From Eledone cirrhosa (taxonomy: Eukaryota), in NCBI GenBank assembly GCA_964016885.1, contig CAXHJY010000912.1, positions 77,216-141,215 of the forward strand: a stretch of DNA of 64,000 nucleotides. Reading direction: 5' to 3'. Below are positions 39,322 to 53,553 of the stretch, in pieces. Made by a program: the position numbers and the translations under genes. The number at the start of each line of letters is the position of its first letter. Within the stretch, counting starts at the first letter, position 1. A model generated the notes under the pieces. The model worked only from the letters and a program-made list of their open reading frames with translations. It was not told the origin of the DNA and made no database searches.

Positions 39322-39378
<57 letters not shown>

Positions 39379-40089
39379 GTGTGTGTGTAAAAAATGAAAG
39401 AATTAGCAATAAACAGAGATTGATTTGTTAATATCAAATTGCATAGCAAAATAGATTTAGTGATGGTGATGATGATAGTGGTGAGGAGAAAGAAGGAGGA
39501 AATATAGAAAAAAGATAAATAAAAAAAATAACCCAGCAGATCAACAAAATGTAAATGAAAAAAAAAAAAAAATGAATAAAATGAAATAAAATAAAATACA
39601 ATTGCTGTTGATAAGAAATATTTCAATAAATCAAGGTTTTTATTTTACTTTTCCATAACTTATAAAAAAAATATTTTGAAAAATATACGACTGAAAATTT
39701 TTTTTTCCATAGTTGGCGTGGAAAAAATAATTTATAGATAACAACCCAAGCATAGGGGTTTTTACTTTGAAATATTGTTTTGTAATGGTAGTGGTGGTGA
39801 TGGTATGTGATGGTGATTTGGTATTGGTGGTGCTGGTGGTCTGTGAAGATGGTTAGTTAGGGGGCTAAAGATTCTTGGACAGTAAATAACTATCAAGAGA
39901 GGAGAAGTGAAAAATAAAAAGATCAGCTAAATGAATGAAATGGAGAAATATATGGATAGATGGGGATAAGGTGACATCAGAGCAATATAGAAGAGAGAGA
40001 GAGAGAGCACTTTATTTCTCAGATTAAACACATAACATTAACACACAATACACACAAAAAACTCACATATACAAAAAAACTCACAATCT

Positions 40090-40173
<84 letters not shown>

Positions 40174-41695
40174 TAAATGCATAAAAGATATGTACAAAAA
40201 TACTTAGAAATGGCAGGAGTGATATAGGATGTATGATGAGTGAAAATTGAACCATATCAATTTTCCTCTTCTAAATAGTTTATTATTACACAGATTTTTC
40301 TTTCAAAAGAAAGAAGTCAAACCACCCACCACAAAATGACAAATCATGTCTCTGGCTTTTTTTTATTATTATTATTTTCCCCCTTAATATAATATATATA
40401 TATGAAAGAACCCCAGAAGTTTTGAAAACAGCTTCATTTTATACAAGATATCACAATCTTAAAATATTTATTACATTCTAAGTCAGCGGTGGTGGTGGTG
40501 GCAGTAAGCTGCTCCTTTCACAGACCTTGTCAATGTATGCCTTGATTTTTTTTTTCCCCCTGATCAGATTTCCCACAAATCATCCAAAGCTGAATGCCTT
40601 ACTTATTACACACATAAATGCACATACAGACACACAAAAATACACATACACAAACACATAGAAATACACAAATACAAATACACATGCAGTTGTGATGTTT
40701 TATGATGACTTTGAGAGAAATTTCTCATGGGTTTATTTCATATAGCAATTTGTGAATAATAACTTCCTTGGTTACAGGTTTCCAGTGGGTTAATCATCAC
40801 TGCTTCACTGTATGACAATGAAGCATCTCTGTAAATTGATTTAAAGGGCTTCATTGGAAGAGCATCATTTTTTCACCGATACTTACATTTTTTGCCAATA
40901 TACACTGGTAAAAATTATAGATACCATTTCCATCCACTAAATTCCACTCGCAAAGTATGGGCCTGAACATAGGTAGGTACCCACCTGTTAGAAGTTCATC
41001 TTATACATCTTTTATAATAAACACATCTCTCCATAGAATTGCTTTTCTTGCCATAGGCAGTGATTGTGCTGCACTATATTTTTCTTTTTTTAATTCATGA
41101 CCTTATGTTTATCAAAACTTCTCCATCCAAGCTAAATTCTTTTTATGTAAACAACTGCTTACTTACGAAGCATTAAGAAAGTTTGAAATTTGAAATGCGA
41201 GGGTCTCATTGCAGAAATAATTGGTCACTATAAATATTTGAGAAAATCAAGTAAACTAACAGTGAAAATGGGGAAAAAGTGGACAGAAGTGCAGGCGTGT
41301 AATTGGACCTTGCAGGCATCTGTCTACAATTTGCCATCTCCAAAGGAATTTTACCCAATTTTCTCAACTATTATTTACAGTGATCAACTATATTATAGTT
41401 ATTTCTGCATTTGGGACACTCACATTTCATATTCTCTTTGTTGCAGTATCAACCACACACAATGTGCAAATGTTGGACCTCTGTCAGTTCAGTTGTTCAA
41501 ACAACAAAACAACCTACTCGTGAAATTAATATGCAAAAAGGCTGAGCATTTCCATATGCATGTACCTATAAAGTAGTTCTCGTGGAGATTTAGCATAACA
41601 CAGGGTGTAATATGAATATCCCTTTCAATTACAGGTACAACTCATTTTTGCCAGTTGAATCAACTGGAGCATTGTGAAAGAAAGTGGATTGCACC

Positions 41696-41741
41696 AATTT
41701 GTTCATGATAAGTGGTGTTCGTAAACTGAGGTTCCACTATA
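41696..41741. mobile_element. Solo Tigger/pogo-like transposon end
   Basis: GTTCGTAAACTGAGGTTCCACTA-TA resembles a reversed CAGTGGAACCTCGGTTTACGAAC-type TIR; no partner end found. Confidence 0.4.
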
Positions 41742-42787
41742 TATCTACAGACACACTGAGTATGAGTGTAATTGAACATAATATGGTTTGAACAGAGAAG
41801 AATTTTCTGTAAACGAATCAAGTAAAATATACACCAGAAGGAAATAATAGAATTTGAACCTACATCTTGGAAAACTTTAGTAGTAGAAGAGGTAGGAACC
41901 ATAGAATTCTTAACTACTCTCACTTTACATGTTAAACATCAGATTAGACCATTAAAGTTGAAAACTCACAGCTGTTAACCATATTTGAACTAATTCTCCT
42001 TCCTGTAAGGAGTCAGCTTCTGGAATAAACTAGGCCATTTAAATCTCACAATAAGATGGTTGTTGCTGTATACCCCCCCCCCCCATTCCAACCCTGACCC
42101 CCCAATCTACCTCTCCCCCACCACCCCCTGCTTCTCTTCATCTCTTGTTATATAGCATTTCTTCTTTTCCTTGTTACACAGATGGAAATGTGAAAGATTT
42201 GAAGAGAAGATATTTGAAAACAAATGACCGAAAATGCCTACTGAGGAGAAAGAGGAATGCTGGGAAAGCAGACCCCCCCCCCCAATATTTCCTCTATTTT
42301 GGATATGTGCAATGTGTGAGTGAGTGTGTGCATGTGTGTATTACAAATGATAACTAACTGGCAGTGAGTGCAGTGTGAATCTTAATGAGAAAAGCCATAA
42401 CCTCAAAAGTTTAATTTGATTTAGCGAGGAGATAAGTAAAAAATCTATTAGAATGATTTCCAAGAAATATGTCTCAGTTATTGTAATGCAATGCTATCTA
42501 CATCCAAATCGCATCATAACCATTTAATATACTAAGACATTTTATTTATTAACCCATTTGATAACGACCTACTTGGAAGCAGTTTGGATTTACGATACAA
42601 AATTGCTCATTTTAAAATATACTTATATTAAAACCTTTCATCAAATTTTTTTTATTTATGTAGTGTTCAGATTAGTACTGAAAATATCAGATTAGTATTG
42701 AAAAAACTTTGTCATTGAATTATATTTGAAAATTAATTGAAACATATGCAGTGAATTTCATTAGAAATACGCAAACAATAGGCTTAA

Positions 42788-42984
42788 CCCTTTAGCATTC
42801 ACATTACTCTATATGTACTATTATATTTTCATGGTAAAGGCTTTACCTCGCATAATTATCTCACATAATATCGAATCTATGAGATTTTGAAAGTATTTAT
42901 TTTGAGAACAATACCGTAACATCAGTTTCAACAGAAAAAGGTAGAGTATTCTGGCTGGTTTTGGCCGGTTTGAACATTAAAGGG
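42788..42984. mobile_element. piggyBac-type MITE
   Basis: TTAA-CCCTTTAGCATT ... TAAAGGG-TTAA; opposite orientation to the 34269 copy. Confidence 0.85.
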
Positions 42985-43050
42985 TTAAGAAATAAAATAA
43001 AATAAAATAAAATAGAGACATAATTTAAAATAATTCCTTAAGTTCCTTAA

Positions 43051-43230
43051 CCCTTTAAACTGGCTGTATCTGGCAGAATTCTCTCACCTCTTTCTAGCCC
43101 CTTATATTGACTTTAAGGTATTGTTCTCAAAATAAATAATATCAAAATCTCGAAGAAATGATATTATATGAGATAAAGTGTTTACATTGAAATACAATAG
43201 TAAATATAGATTAATGTAAATGCTAAAGGG
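43051..43230. mobile_element. piggyBac-type MITE
   Basis: TTAA-CCCTTTA ... AAATGCTAAAGGG-TTAA. Confidence 0.85.
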
Positions 43231-43563
43231 TTAACAGAGACAAAATAATTGTTTCTTATATAGGAACAAAGTCAGTAATTTGCAGGATGGGAACAATAGA
43301 TTAAATCAACTCTAGTAATTAACTGATACTTTATTTTCTCAACTTCAGAAGGAGAAAAGGCAAAACTGATCTAGGTGAGATCTGAACTCAGAATTTAAGA
43401 AGTTGGAACAAACATTACAAGGCATGTTGTCCAATGCTCTTCTAACACCGTTTCTCAACCGAATGAAATAACATGTTTCATATGCATAAGTTATAGTCTT
43501 TAGAGCTCTAATGTAAGGATTTAATGTAAAGAAACCAGAAACTAATTGTCATTATTCAATTAG

Positions 43564-43646
<83 letters not shown>

Positions 43647-44107
43647 TATAGACCTGGGAGTGAAGTGCACAGAAAGAGAGTGGAGAATCTCGAAAATATT
43701 GTGAAACCAGATTCAGAGAAAAGATAGATCAAGAAAGGTGAAATTAAGAAAGAAGAAAGGAAATAGAGAAATTAATGTAGAAAAGGGATGGACTTCTTTT
43801 TTTTCCCTTTCTTTTATTTAAAGAGGTTACAACATAAACCTTACAGGACAAGGGAAAGGTCAAGTAAAGAACATCATGTAGATGGAGAAAGAAACAAAAC
43901 AAACTATACAATAACATAAGAATAGTGAATAGGAGATAAACAGTTGAAAAGCCAGATAAATTTCTTACAAACAGGCAGACCATAATTCTTATTGATAACA
44001 GATACTTCAATGCTACAGGCATTTTAACTCCTTTGTTACCATATTTCTAATGAAAGACACTACCCACAAGTTTTCAAATAATCAAGAATTTGGTGGGATT
44101 TAATAAT

Positions 44108-44202
44108 TGTTTCTATTTTAGGCACAAGTCCAGCAATTACCCAGTACATTACTGGTACTTTATTTTATCGACCCCGTAAGGATGAAAGGCAAAGTTAACC
44201 TC
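44108..44202 (-). mobile_element. 5'-truncated family A SINE with TSD, nested in a TTAA MITE remnant
   Basis: Direct repeat GATTTAATAAT at 44097-44107 and 44203-44213. Confidence 0.85.
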
Positions 44203-44490
44203 GATTTAATAATATAGCTTAAGAATGTCTTGTTAGTATGCTTCCTTATAGTTTGTTAATTCAAATGCTTGTGTTAACTTTACTACGGTACATATTGTAA
44301 ACATTTACAGTATTGTGAATATTTGCTGTATTAGAGTAAAGACTTCAATTTTTTTATGTGAAGCAGTCATAGTGTTACTTCATATTTTCCAAGAATCTCT
44401 CCTAATGTGGTTTCATGTGGTACATGATGTTAAGAGTTAAGATGGTATAATTTGAAGGGGGTTTGCCTGCTATTGTGTCTAGGTAAATAC

Positions 44491-44695
44491 AGGGTACAAC
44501 TATACTACATTGTGATAGCTACTTATAGCTTGGTAAGACAAGGGTACAATTATACTACATTGTGATAGCGACATAGCTTGGTAAGACAAGGGTACAACTA
44601 TACTACATTGCGATAGCTACACTTATAGCTTGGTAAGACAAGGGTACAACTATACTACATTGTGATAGCTACTTATAGCTTGGTAAGACAAGGGT
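44491..44695. repeat. About 50-bp minisatellite, 4 copies
   Basis: Unit AGGGTACAACTATACTACATTGTGATAGCTACTTATAGCTTGGTAAGACA with small indels. Confidence 0.95.
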
Positions 44696-45297
44696 CAACA
44701 ATATGGAAACTATTGCAGCAATAAAAGGGATTATATACAAGATGATTCAAGTGAAATAAGTTATTCACTTAAACCCTTTTGTCACCATATTTCTAATGAC
44801 AGACACTGCATATGGTTTTCAAATAATTTTGAAAATAATCAAGATTTTTGAGAGATTTAGTAATACATCTAACTGGTGTTTGAAACAAAGGTTGGTACAT
44901 CAAATTATGAAGGAATGTCTTTAGATAAATATAAACATTTATTATAAAACTACGGGTGGTATCAGGTAGCAAATTGCCAGAGCCATTAGAGCATCAAATT
45001 AAATGCCTTGCTATTTGTTCTGACTCTCTGCACCCCGACTTCAAATCTTGCAAGATATCAACTTTGCTTTTCATATTATCAGGGTCAATAATTAAAGCAC
45101 CAGACCAGCTGATGCAGTAGATTGGCAAAATTGACAAAGAGTCAGATGGGACTGTATCTGATCCAGCTGCACATATTCTGAATTCAAATCCTGCTTTCGC
45201 CTGCCATGCCAGGAATTGCAGATAGTATCAGTAATGGAAAGACCATTAGAAACACAGTTCCTTTGGTCTGATCTGTCGATCAGCTCTTTTCCTTTAA

Positions 45298-45478
45298 CCC
45301 TTTAGCATTTACATTACTCTATATTTACTATTGTATTTTCAAGGTAAAGAAAGGCTTTATCTCGCATAATATCGAATATATGAAATTTTGATATTATTTA
45401 TTTTCCAGTTACAGCCAGTTTGAACAGAAAGAGATGAGAGAATTCTGGCTGGATGCAGCCGGTTTAAATGCTAAAGGG
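45298..45478. mobile_element. piggyBac-type MITE
   Basis: TTAA-CCCTTTAGCATTTA ... TAAATGCTAAAGGG-TTAA, perfect 14-bp TIR. Confidence 0.9.
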
Positions 45479-45716
45479 TTAACTCTGCTAAAGCAAGACA
45501 GCCTCTTATTTTCCCTAGTAAAATAATTTAAACAAAAAATTAAAGGCCTTTAAGAGCACCAGCAAAAGTGCAGATTCTATAACAATACAAGATTCAAATT
45601 GAAATGAAGGACGTGCAATGGAGATTAAATCTGAAAAGGTGAATTTGCCAATGTATTTTCATATGAAGAAGTTTAGAAAGTAGAAGTACAGTGTAAGAAA
45701 GCAAATCCTACAGGAA

Positions 45717-45773
<57 letters not shown>

Positions 45774-46028
45774 GGGGAACTGACTGAAATGAAATTGGCA
45801 CAAGGAACATAACCATGCAATGATAATAACAATAACAACATTAATAATAATAATAAAAGTATAAACAAATAATAATTTAAAAATAGTAATACATTAAAAT
45901 AAAAGAACTTATATAAAAAAATATAACTGAATTGCCAGTTAAAATCAAGTTAGTGGAAAATGACAATAAGTAGCGCAGAAAATAAAATACCTTTTTTTTT
46001 TTTTTTTTTTTCCAAATTTGAAAGTGCA

Positions 46029-46034
46029 TATATA

Positions 46035-46114
<80 letters not shown>

Positions 46115-46169
46115 TATATATATATATTATATATATATATATATATTATATATATATATATATATATCT

Positions 46170-46200
<31 letters not shown>

Positions 46201-46408
46201 CTATATATATATATAATATATATATATATATCTATATATAATATATATATATATATCTATATATATATATCTATATATATATAAATCTATATATATATAT
46301 CTATATATATATATATATCTATATATATATATATATCTATATATATATATATATATATCTATATATATATATATATATATCTATATATATATATATATAT
46401 ATATATAT
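46029..46408. repeat. Long compound (TA)n tract with periodic TC interruptions
   Basis: Direct inspection. Confidence 0.97.
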
Positions 46409-47804
46409 CCTAAAATAAAAGCTAGTAAAGTTTGACAAGAACACAGCTGCAATATTGCAAAGCTGATGACATCCCCACTACAAATAATAATAATAATAAT
46501 AATAAGAGTATTCATTTTTTTTAAAGTCATCTTTATTAATAATAATATTGATCTGAATAAATATTTTATGAAATCAGCAAGACTTTGCAAACCCTTTAAG
46601 CTATGCGAAAATGTGAAATAAATAAATAAAAAAAAAAAAATGAAATAATAAATAAATAAATCAAATGTAAAAATCATGTTTAATATATATTTTTAGACCT
46701 GCCATCTAATTTACATTCCTGGAATCCAAAAGCCCAGATATAAATGGTTTATCATTAGCAATTGGGAGGGGATGGGATGGGATGGGATGGGATGGGAGGA
46801 TTAAAAAAAAAATAACAAAAAATAAAATAGATAGTTTTTTTTAAATAAATAAAAAATAGGAAAGATATATAAATATATAAATTGAAAAATATATATTTTA
46901 CAAATGAATAAATAGCAAGATTTTTACTTAAAAAGGAAACTTGTTCAGTGAAGACAAGAGTAGAATTGTGAATGTTGCTACAACAGGATAACGTTGTTGT
47001 TGTTATATGGATGAAACAACAACATATTATAAAGTGAGCAGTACATATAGATTTTATTAGAGAAAACTAAAAATGTATTTTTCCACCAAGAATTTACAGA
47101 TTAAAAACATTCAACAATGTATGTATGTATCCATGTGTGGTTTGTTATGTTGTTGGGTGTTGTGAGTGGGTGTGTGTGTTGTATTGTGTTGTGTTGTGTT
47201 GTGTTGTGTGTACGTGTTTTGCGATATTAGTGTTGTGTGTGTGTGTGTTTTGCGACATTGTTGTTGTTGGAGTCTGTTTGATTTTATCATTTTCATTTTA
47301 AATTTAACCCCTCCCCCCGACTCAAAACCACCACGTCACCATCATCACCCACAATCACTGCCACAACCAACACCACAACAATCATCCTCGTCACCACCAC
47401 CATCAACACCACGACCACCATCACCATCAACATCACTACCATAACCACCATCATCACCACCACAACCATCACCATCAATACTACCACCACCACAACAACA
47501 ACCACCAACATTACTATCATTGTCATCATCATCTTTTAACAAGCACCAATCTGCTATACATTCTTTAAGATGCTGCACTTAAAAAATGTTTGCAGCTGCA
47601 TATTTATTAGTGCAAGTCGTATATCCCTAATAATTTTAAAGTCAGGAAAGAACCTCCAACCTCCCCACAACCATCACCTACACACTCTTCCTAAAACACC
47701 CCCATCAAGATTTTGAATAATAAATGAAGTCGAAATAAACACTTTGACATGCTAGGTTTCTAACATATGACTGTGTGTGTGTGGGGGGGGGGGGGGCCAG
47801 AAGA

Positions 47805-47839
<35 letters not shown>

Positions 47840-48139
47840 AGCAGGAACCAAAATAGTCCTAGAGAAGCATTGAGAGGAAGAGGATGAATTGGGGGGTGGG
47901 GAGAGAGAATGGTTAGTGGCATAGTGTTTTAGAGTGTTGGACTTGGAATCCTATGGTTGTGGGTTCAATTCCTGGACTTGAGTGGCATATTGCGTCCTTG
48001 AACAAAAGACACTTCATTTTGTTTTATATCGCTTTTGAAGATAGGGAAGGAAGGAGACCAGCTAAACATGCATACGTTTGAGAGGCGTAAATTTTATTTC
48101 ATTTTCTGAATGACGGTAGGGGGAGGGAGGGGTGTGTGA

Positions 48140-48580
48140 CCGGCTGTAAGTGTGCATACGATGTGTGATGCTGCATGGTAGTGAGACATGGTTAGTAAAT
48201 GAAGAGGATATGCAAAAGCTGGAGAGAAATGAAGTGAGCATGCTTCAATGGATATGCATGACACAGCATGGATGAATTGAGAGAAGAACAGGATATTAGA
48301 AGAATCAGATGTGGTGTGCAAGAGAGAAGACTGCACTGGTATGGACATGTTATGTATATGGATGATGATTGCAGGCTGAAAAAATGCCAGTAGAAAGACA
48401 CCACAGTAGAGGAAGATAGAAGGGGGGAAATGGACGGAGGTGGTGAGAGCTCACAAAGGTGACAAAGGAATGCAACGAGTAGAGGGAGGGAGGGAGGCTG
48501 TGCTGGAAAAGATCAATCATACACATGAAAACATGGAAAAAGTGGATGTTAAATGATGATGATGGTGGTGGTGGTGGTGA
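48140..48580 (+). mobile_element. RTE-clade LINE 3' fragment (same family as 37715-38575)
   Basis: MLHGSETWLVNEEDMQKLERNEVSML.W, RCGVQERRLHWYGHVM; (GAT)n tail. Confidence 0.85.
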
Positions 48581-49299
48581 TGTGAGGGGTAAGGGTCAAA
48601 AGTTTTAAAGTGGCTCAAAACAATACAAAATAAAATCCTAACATATATATACACACACACACATACACACGCAGATATATATATAATCCTACACACACAC
48701 ACACACACACACATAAGTACATATACACATGTGCCTGTACACACACACACGCAAGACTACATTGTGTTAATTTAGTCATTCCAAGGAGAGAGATGAGACA
48801 ACAGGGAAAGGATGGGGGGGGGGGGAGGATATAGAACACACGGGGATGAGGGGGAAATAGTAATAGTAAATCTGGCATCCCACCCAACCACACACTGCCA
48901 CATTTATTTTATTTATTTAATTAATTATTTATTCATTTTTTGTTTGGTTTATATAGAAATTAGTGATAAAAAGAGGGAAATATTGCCAGATTACTGCATC
49001 AAAGCCTAGCTTTATATAGGTCCTATGTTACTATCATGTAGATTAAAACAGGCAAAGAAATATAAATCACACCACACTTATCTGTCTTATATTCTTAAAT
49101 GTCTTTTATATGCCTATTGTTGTGTTGTTTTTCTTTCAGGTTTAGTGTGAGGAGCAACAAAGTAACAATGTAACACGAAACATGTCTTTGCATATTCCAA
49201 ATGCCAAGATATGATGGTTAGTCAGTACAGACACACACACATACTGACTTAAGCACACACACACATATATACACACATACTGACACAAGCACACATATA

Positions 49300-49366
49300 C
49301 AGAGTGTCCAAAAAATGTATACACATTAGAATGGTGAAGTGTGAATACATTTTTTGGGACACCCTG
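49300..49366. mobile_element. Tiny Tc1/mariner MITE (67 bp), TA TSD
   Basis: TA-CAGAGTGTCCAAAAAATGTATACACA ... TGTGAATACATTTTTTGGGACACCCTG-TA. Confidence 0.8.
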
Positions 49367-50750
49367 TATACATAAGCACATGTACATGTGCCCATGCACA
49401 CACACACACACACAAAACCTTGTTTCAATTGAATTCTCTCTCTAGTAAACAGCCCCCACACCACCCAACCCAACTTTCCTCACCTGTATGTGTTTGTACT
49501 GATAGAGCAAGCAAGAACTTCTTCCCATAACATAACTGTATGGGCTGAGTGTGGAGGGGAGGGAGGAGGGGGCAGTGACTTCATCATCCAACATAACAAA
49601 CAACAACAATAATAACAATAACAACAACAGCAGCAATAATAGTAACAAGAACACACACAGAACAAAAAGAATACAAGCAAACAACAAAAGTGTTTAGTAA
49701 ATTCAAGTCATAATTTTTGGAAAGACTAGTCTCTGGGGGATATTGAGAGAGGGGGAGAGGAATGGCAGGGAGTGATAGAGAGATGAAGAGAAGAGAGGGG
49801 AAAAAAAGAGAGAACTGGGAAGGGTGGAGAGAGAGATAGGGAGAAGAGAAGAGAGAACAAAGAAGGATGGAAAGAGAAAGGGAGAGGAAGGACAGACTAG
49901 GCAATAGAGGGAGAGAGGGGGAAGACTGGAGGGAGAGAGAGAGACAGAGAGAGAGAGATGGTGAGAGGGGAAGGCAAGGGAAAATGGGAACAGACAGGGT
50001 GGGTCTAGGATGAAGTGAGAGCAAGGAGAAGGTAAGAGATTGGATGGGTGCTAGATGAGATGAAGAAGAGGAGCAAACGAGGGGAGTGCAAGGAGAGGTG
50101 GAGAGCTAAGACAAAAGGAGGAGAGACAGGGAGGGGTGCTGCATGAGGTGAGAATGATAAGAAGGAGGAGGTAATCATGCTATCAATCTAGATCAGAGAT
50201 TTTTGCTGATTTTATTTTTCTGTGTCTTTGAAGTTCTAGCTAGATATGCTGTGGAAAAGCTTCAAAACTGAGAAATAAGCTGTTGGAAGCTAACAAATCT
50301 GTTAGGTAATGATGTCATCAACATGATGGTTTGCAGGCCCTCAATGTGTGTGTAGGAAGGAGGGGGGGGGGGGGAAGAGGGTGAGAGAGAATTTGAATGA
50401 GTGAGTGCAGGCTGTGTGTGTACGTACACATGTGGAGGGGTGAATGGATGAGTGAATACTTGCGAGTGTATGTATGCCTTTGCCTTATGCGTGTGTAAAT
50501 GTGTGCAGATGTACGTCTGTATGTGCCTATATGTATATAGATATATAGATATACACACACATACATACATACACACACGCACATACATACACACACGCAC
50601 ATACATATATACACACACGCACATACATATATACACACACGCACATACATATATACACACACGCACATACATATATACACACACGCACATACATATATAT
50701 ATATACACACACACATATATATATATATATATACATACATACACACATAC

Positions 50751-50814
50751 TTGAACACAAAGTTATCACATTTATTAATCTACTGTGATCCATTTTTATC
50801 TTGGCCGACGCCAT
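50751..50814 (-). CDS. Candidate short coding exon of an unidentified minus-strand gene (MASAKIKMDHSRLINVITLCS)
   Basis: TTTTTACTTTTAAG-ATGGCGTCG start/acceptor context, one open frame of three, CAA/GTATGT donor; no homology recognised. Confidence 0.3.
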
Positions 50815-51031
50815 CTTAAAAGTAAAAATGCAAGGCTATGTCTATCTCAATATGTATATGTCTACAAAGGCTGTCGGTAGTTTATGCTGTTGAACTTGGT
50901 ACCTCTCCAGCCACTACCACCACCACCACAACCTCGCACTTTTGTCACATCTTCGAGCAGAATAGCCATCACCTAATTGGAATAACACACAGGTTCCAAC
51001 CGGTTGTTTGTTTGTTTGTTTGTTTGTTTGT

Positions 51032-51136
<105 letters not shown>

Positions 51137-51401
51137 TGTGTGTGTAATCTTATCTTTTGTTATTTAGATGATAAATAATTGTTTCTAGAATAATAAAGCA
51201 AGACTTTTGAAATTATTGGTGCCACCAACCAATAAACCAGAGCAAGGAAATAATTATATATATATTTTTTCTTCCTTTTAGTACAAACAAACAGGTCCAA
51301 CAACTTTTTTTTTGACACAGACAATTAGAAGAGAATGGTCAGATAAACAATATGAAAGGGAGATGATAGAGAGAGAGAGGGGGGGGGTTGAATATTTACA
51401 T

Positions 51402-51454
<53 letters not shown>

Positions 51455-51516
51455 AGAAGGGGGGGGGGGGATATTTACATATATATATACACAGGGAGAG
51501 AGAGAGGGGGGATATT

Positions 51517-51562
<46 letters not shown>

Positions 51563-52610
51563 AATATCCCCCCTCTCTCTCTCCCTGTGTATATATATGT
51601 GTATATATATATATATTTATATATATATATATACACCCAGAGAGAGAGAGACTCTTGCATTGATGTTAGCCCCTCACCCCACCCCACCCAATACAGACAA
51701 AAGAGAAAGAAAATCAACTTTGAAGGTGTATAACAAATATAATGGAAACACATTGTTTTTATTTGGTGGGAAGTGGGGAAAGAGTCACAAGCAAAAGGTA
51801 GCTGCTTTTGTCAATTCAACTTGTGATTGAATACTTCTGATCTCCAAATATAAGTGATTTTGTCAAAAGCTATCATCATCATCATCATCATCACCAGCAG
51901 CAGCTTTCAGCTTAACATGAATTTTCTCTGCTTCCAGATTGTTCTACTGGTTTATCACCATATGTCCATGTATGTTTGTATTAGACATTTGTACTATTTC
52001 TCTTATTGAAAATGACAAGCATCACAAACATGGAATAAGTGGTGAAGACAAATAAATATTAATTACAATATAAACCTGTTGTAGACCTCCTCTTCCTCCT
52101 CCTTACTTTCTTACACAGGCAGTTGACTGTCATCAACTTGGTGTCTTTAACCCTTTCATTGACATGTCTCTTGTGAAAGACACTGCTTATGCTTTTCAAA
52201 TAATCAAACATTTGCAGAGACTTTGTTATTATATATGAATAACTTCCCCATTATTAATCTTATATCTGGAACAAAGATTCTTACAGAAAATTATGATGGA
52301 AGGTTTTAAGATAAAGCAAACAGTCTTGTGACATAGAATCAGGGGTCATTACTGCTCGTGGTTCAACAATACTGTTTATTTTAAAGTAATTTATGTATGT
52401 CAAAAAAGAAAAAGACCTCCCACTATAATTTTAAATAAGAACCTTTGTTAAACAGCATCTTAATAATGAAAAAGTTATTTATATTGGTAAATCCTTCCAA
52501 AGTTTTGATTATTTTGAAAATGATTTAAAAATCAGAGACAGCATCTTTCATTAAAAATATGGTATTGAAATAGTTAAACAAATAATACAAGAGTTCTTTC
52601 ACTATTGAAA

Positions 52611-52949
52611 TGAAGGTGCATGGCTTAGTGGTTAGAGTGTAGGGCTTACAATCGCAAGGTCATGAGTTTGATTCTCGGACCAGGCTTTGTGTTGTGTTCT
52701 TGAGCAAGACACTTTATTTCATGTTGCCCCAATTCAGTCAGTTGTAGAAATGAGTTGCAACATCACTGGTGCCAAGCTGTATTGCCCATTACCTTTCCCT
52801 TGTCCAACATCAGTGGCATGGAGAAGGGGAGACCAGTATGTATGGGCAACTGCTGGTCTTCCACAAACAACCTTGCCCAGGCTTGTGCCTCAGAAGAGGA
52901 ACTTTCTAGGTGCAAATCCCATGGACATTCATGACCAAAGGAGGTCTTT
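52611..52949 (+). mobile_element. Near full-length family B SINE (CORE-like) with long tail
   Basis: TGGCTTAGTGGTTAGAG head, CTTGAGCAAGACACTTTATTTCA, tail GAGTTGCAACATCACTGGTGCCAAGCTG... Confidence 0.85.
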
Positions 52950-53386
52950 ACTCTTTCACTATTATTCAATAATGAGTAAGTGGCTGGCATTCCACAGACA
53001 TTAACCTTTAACATAATTTTCAAGGAGATTCAGTATTACACAATGTGTAACAAGACTAGCTCTTTGAAACATAGGTACAATCCATCTGACAGACTTCCAA
53101 ACACTTCCACCCACAAAGTTTGACTAAACCATCTGCTTATGAAGCAAACTTCTTAACCATTTGGTCACATTGCATCCACATTATTAGATAGTGACAAAGA
53201 AAAATAAGTTGTCCCTTTGTGGTTTAATAACTAAGCTGATGACTCGTTCACAGAATCATTTGTATTTTCAAAAGATGAATCTCTGAGGGACTAGGGAAAG
53301 TTAAATGGGGAGGGGAAAAAAAAAAAAAAATAACATCTTCAGTTTAGACAGAGGCATGTTTTAGAGTTGGCAGCCTTAGTGTATCA

Positions 53387-53553
<167 letters not shown>

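Noticed and set aside
41055-41310. Weak inverted ends (GTGCTGCACT / AGTGCAGGCG) suggesting an old DNA transposon, overlapping a 128-aa ORF
   Set aside because: Match is under 10 bp, no TSD, and the ORF has a TTG start and no recognisable motif
44108-44206. Shared ACCTCGATT variant with the SINE at 696-879, suggesting gene conversion
   Set aside because: At 44203 the GATT bases belong to the target-site duplication, so the match is not diagnostic
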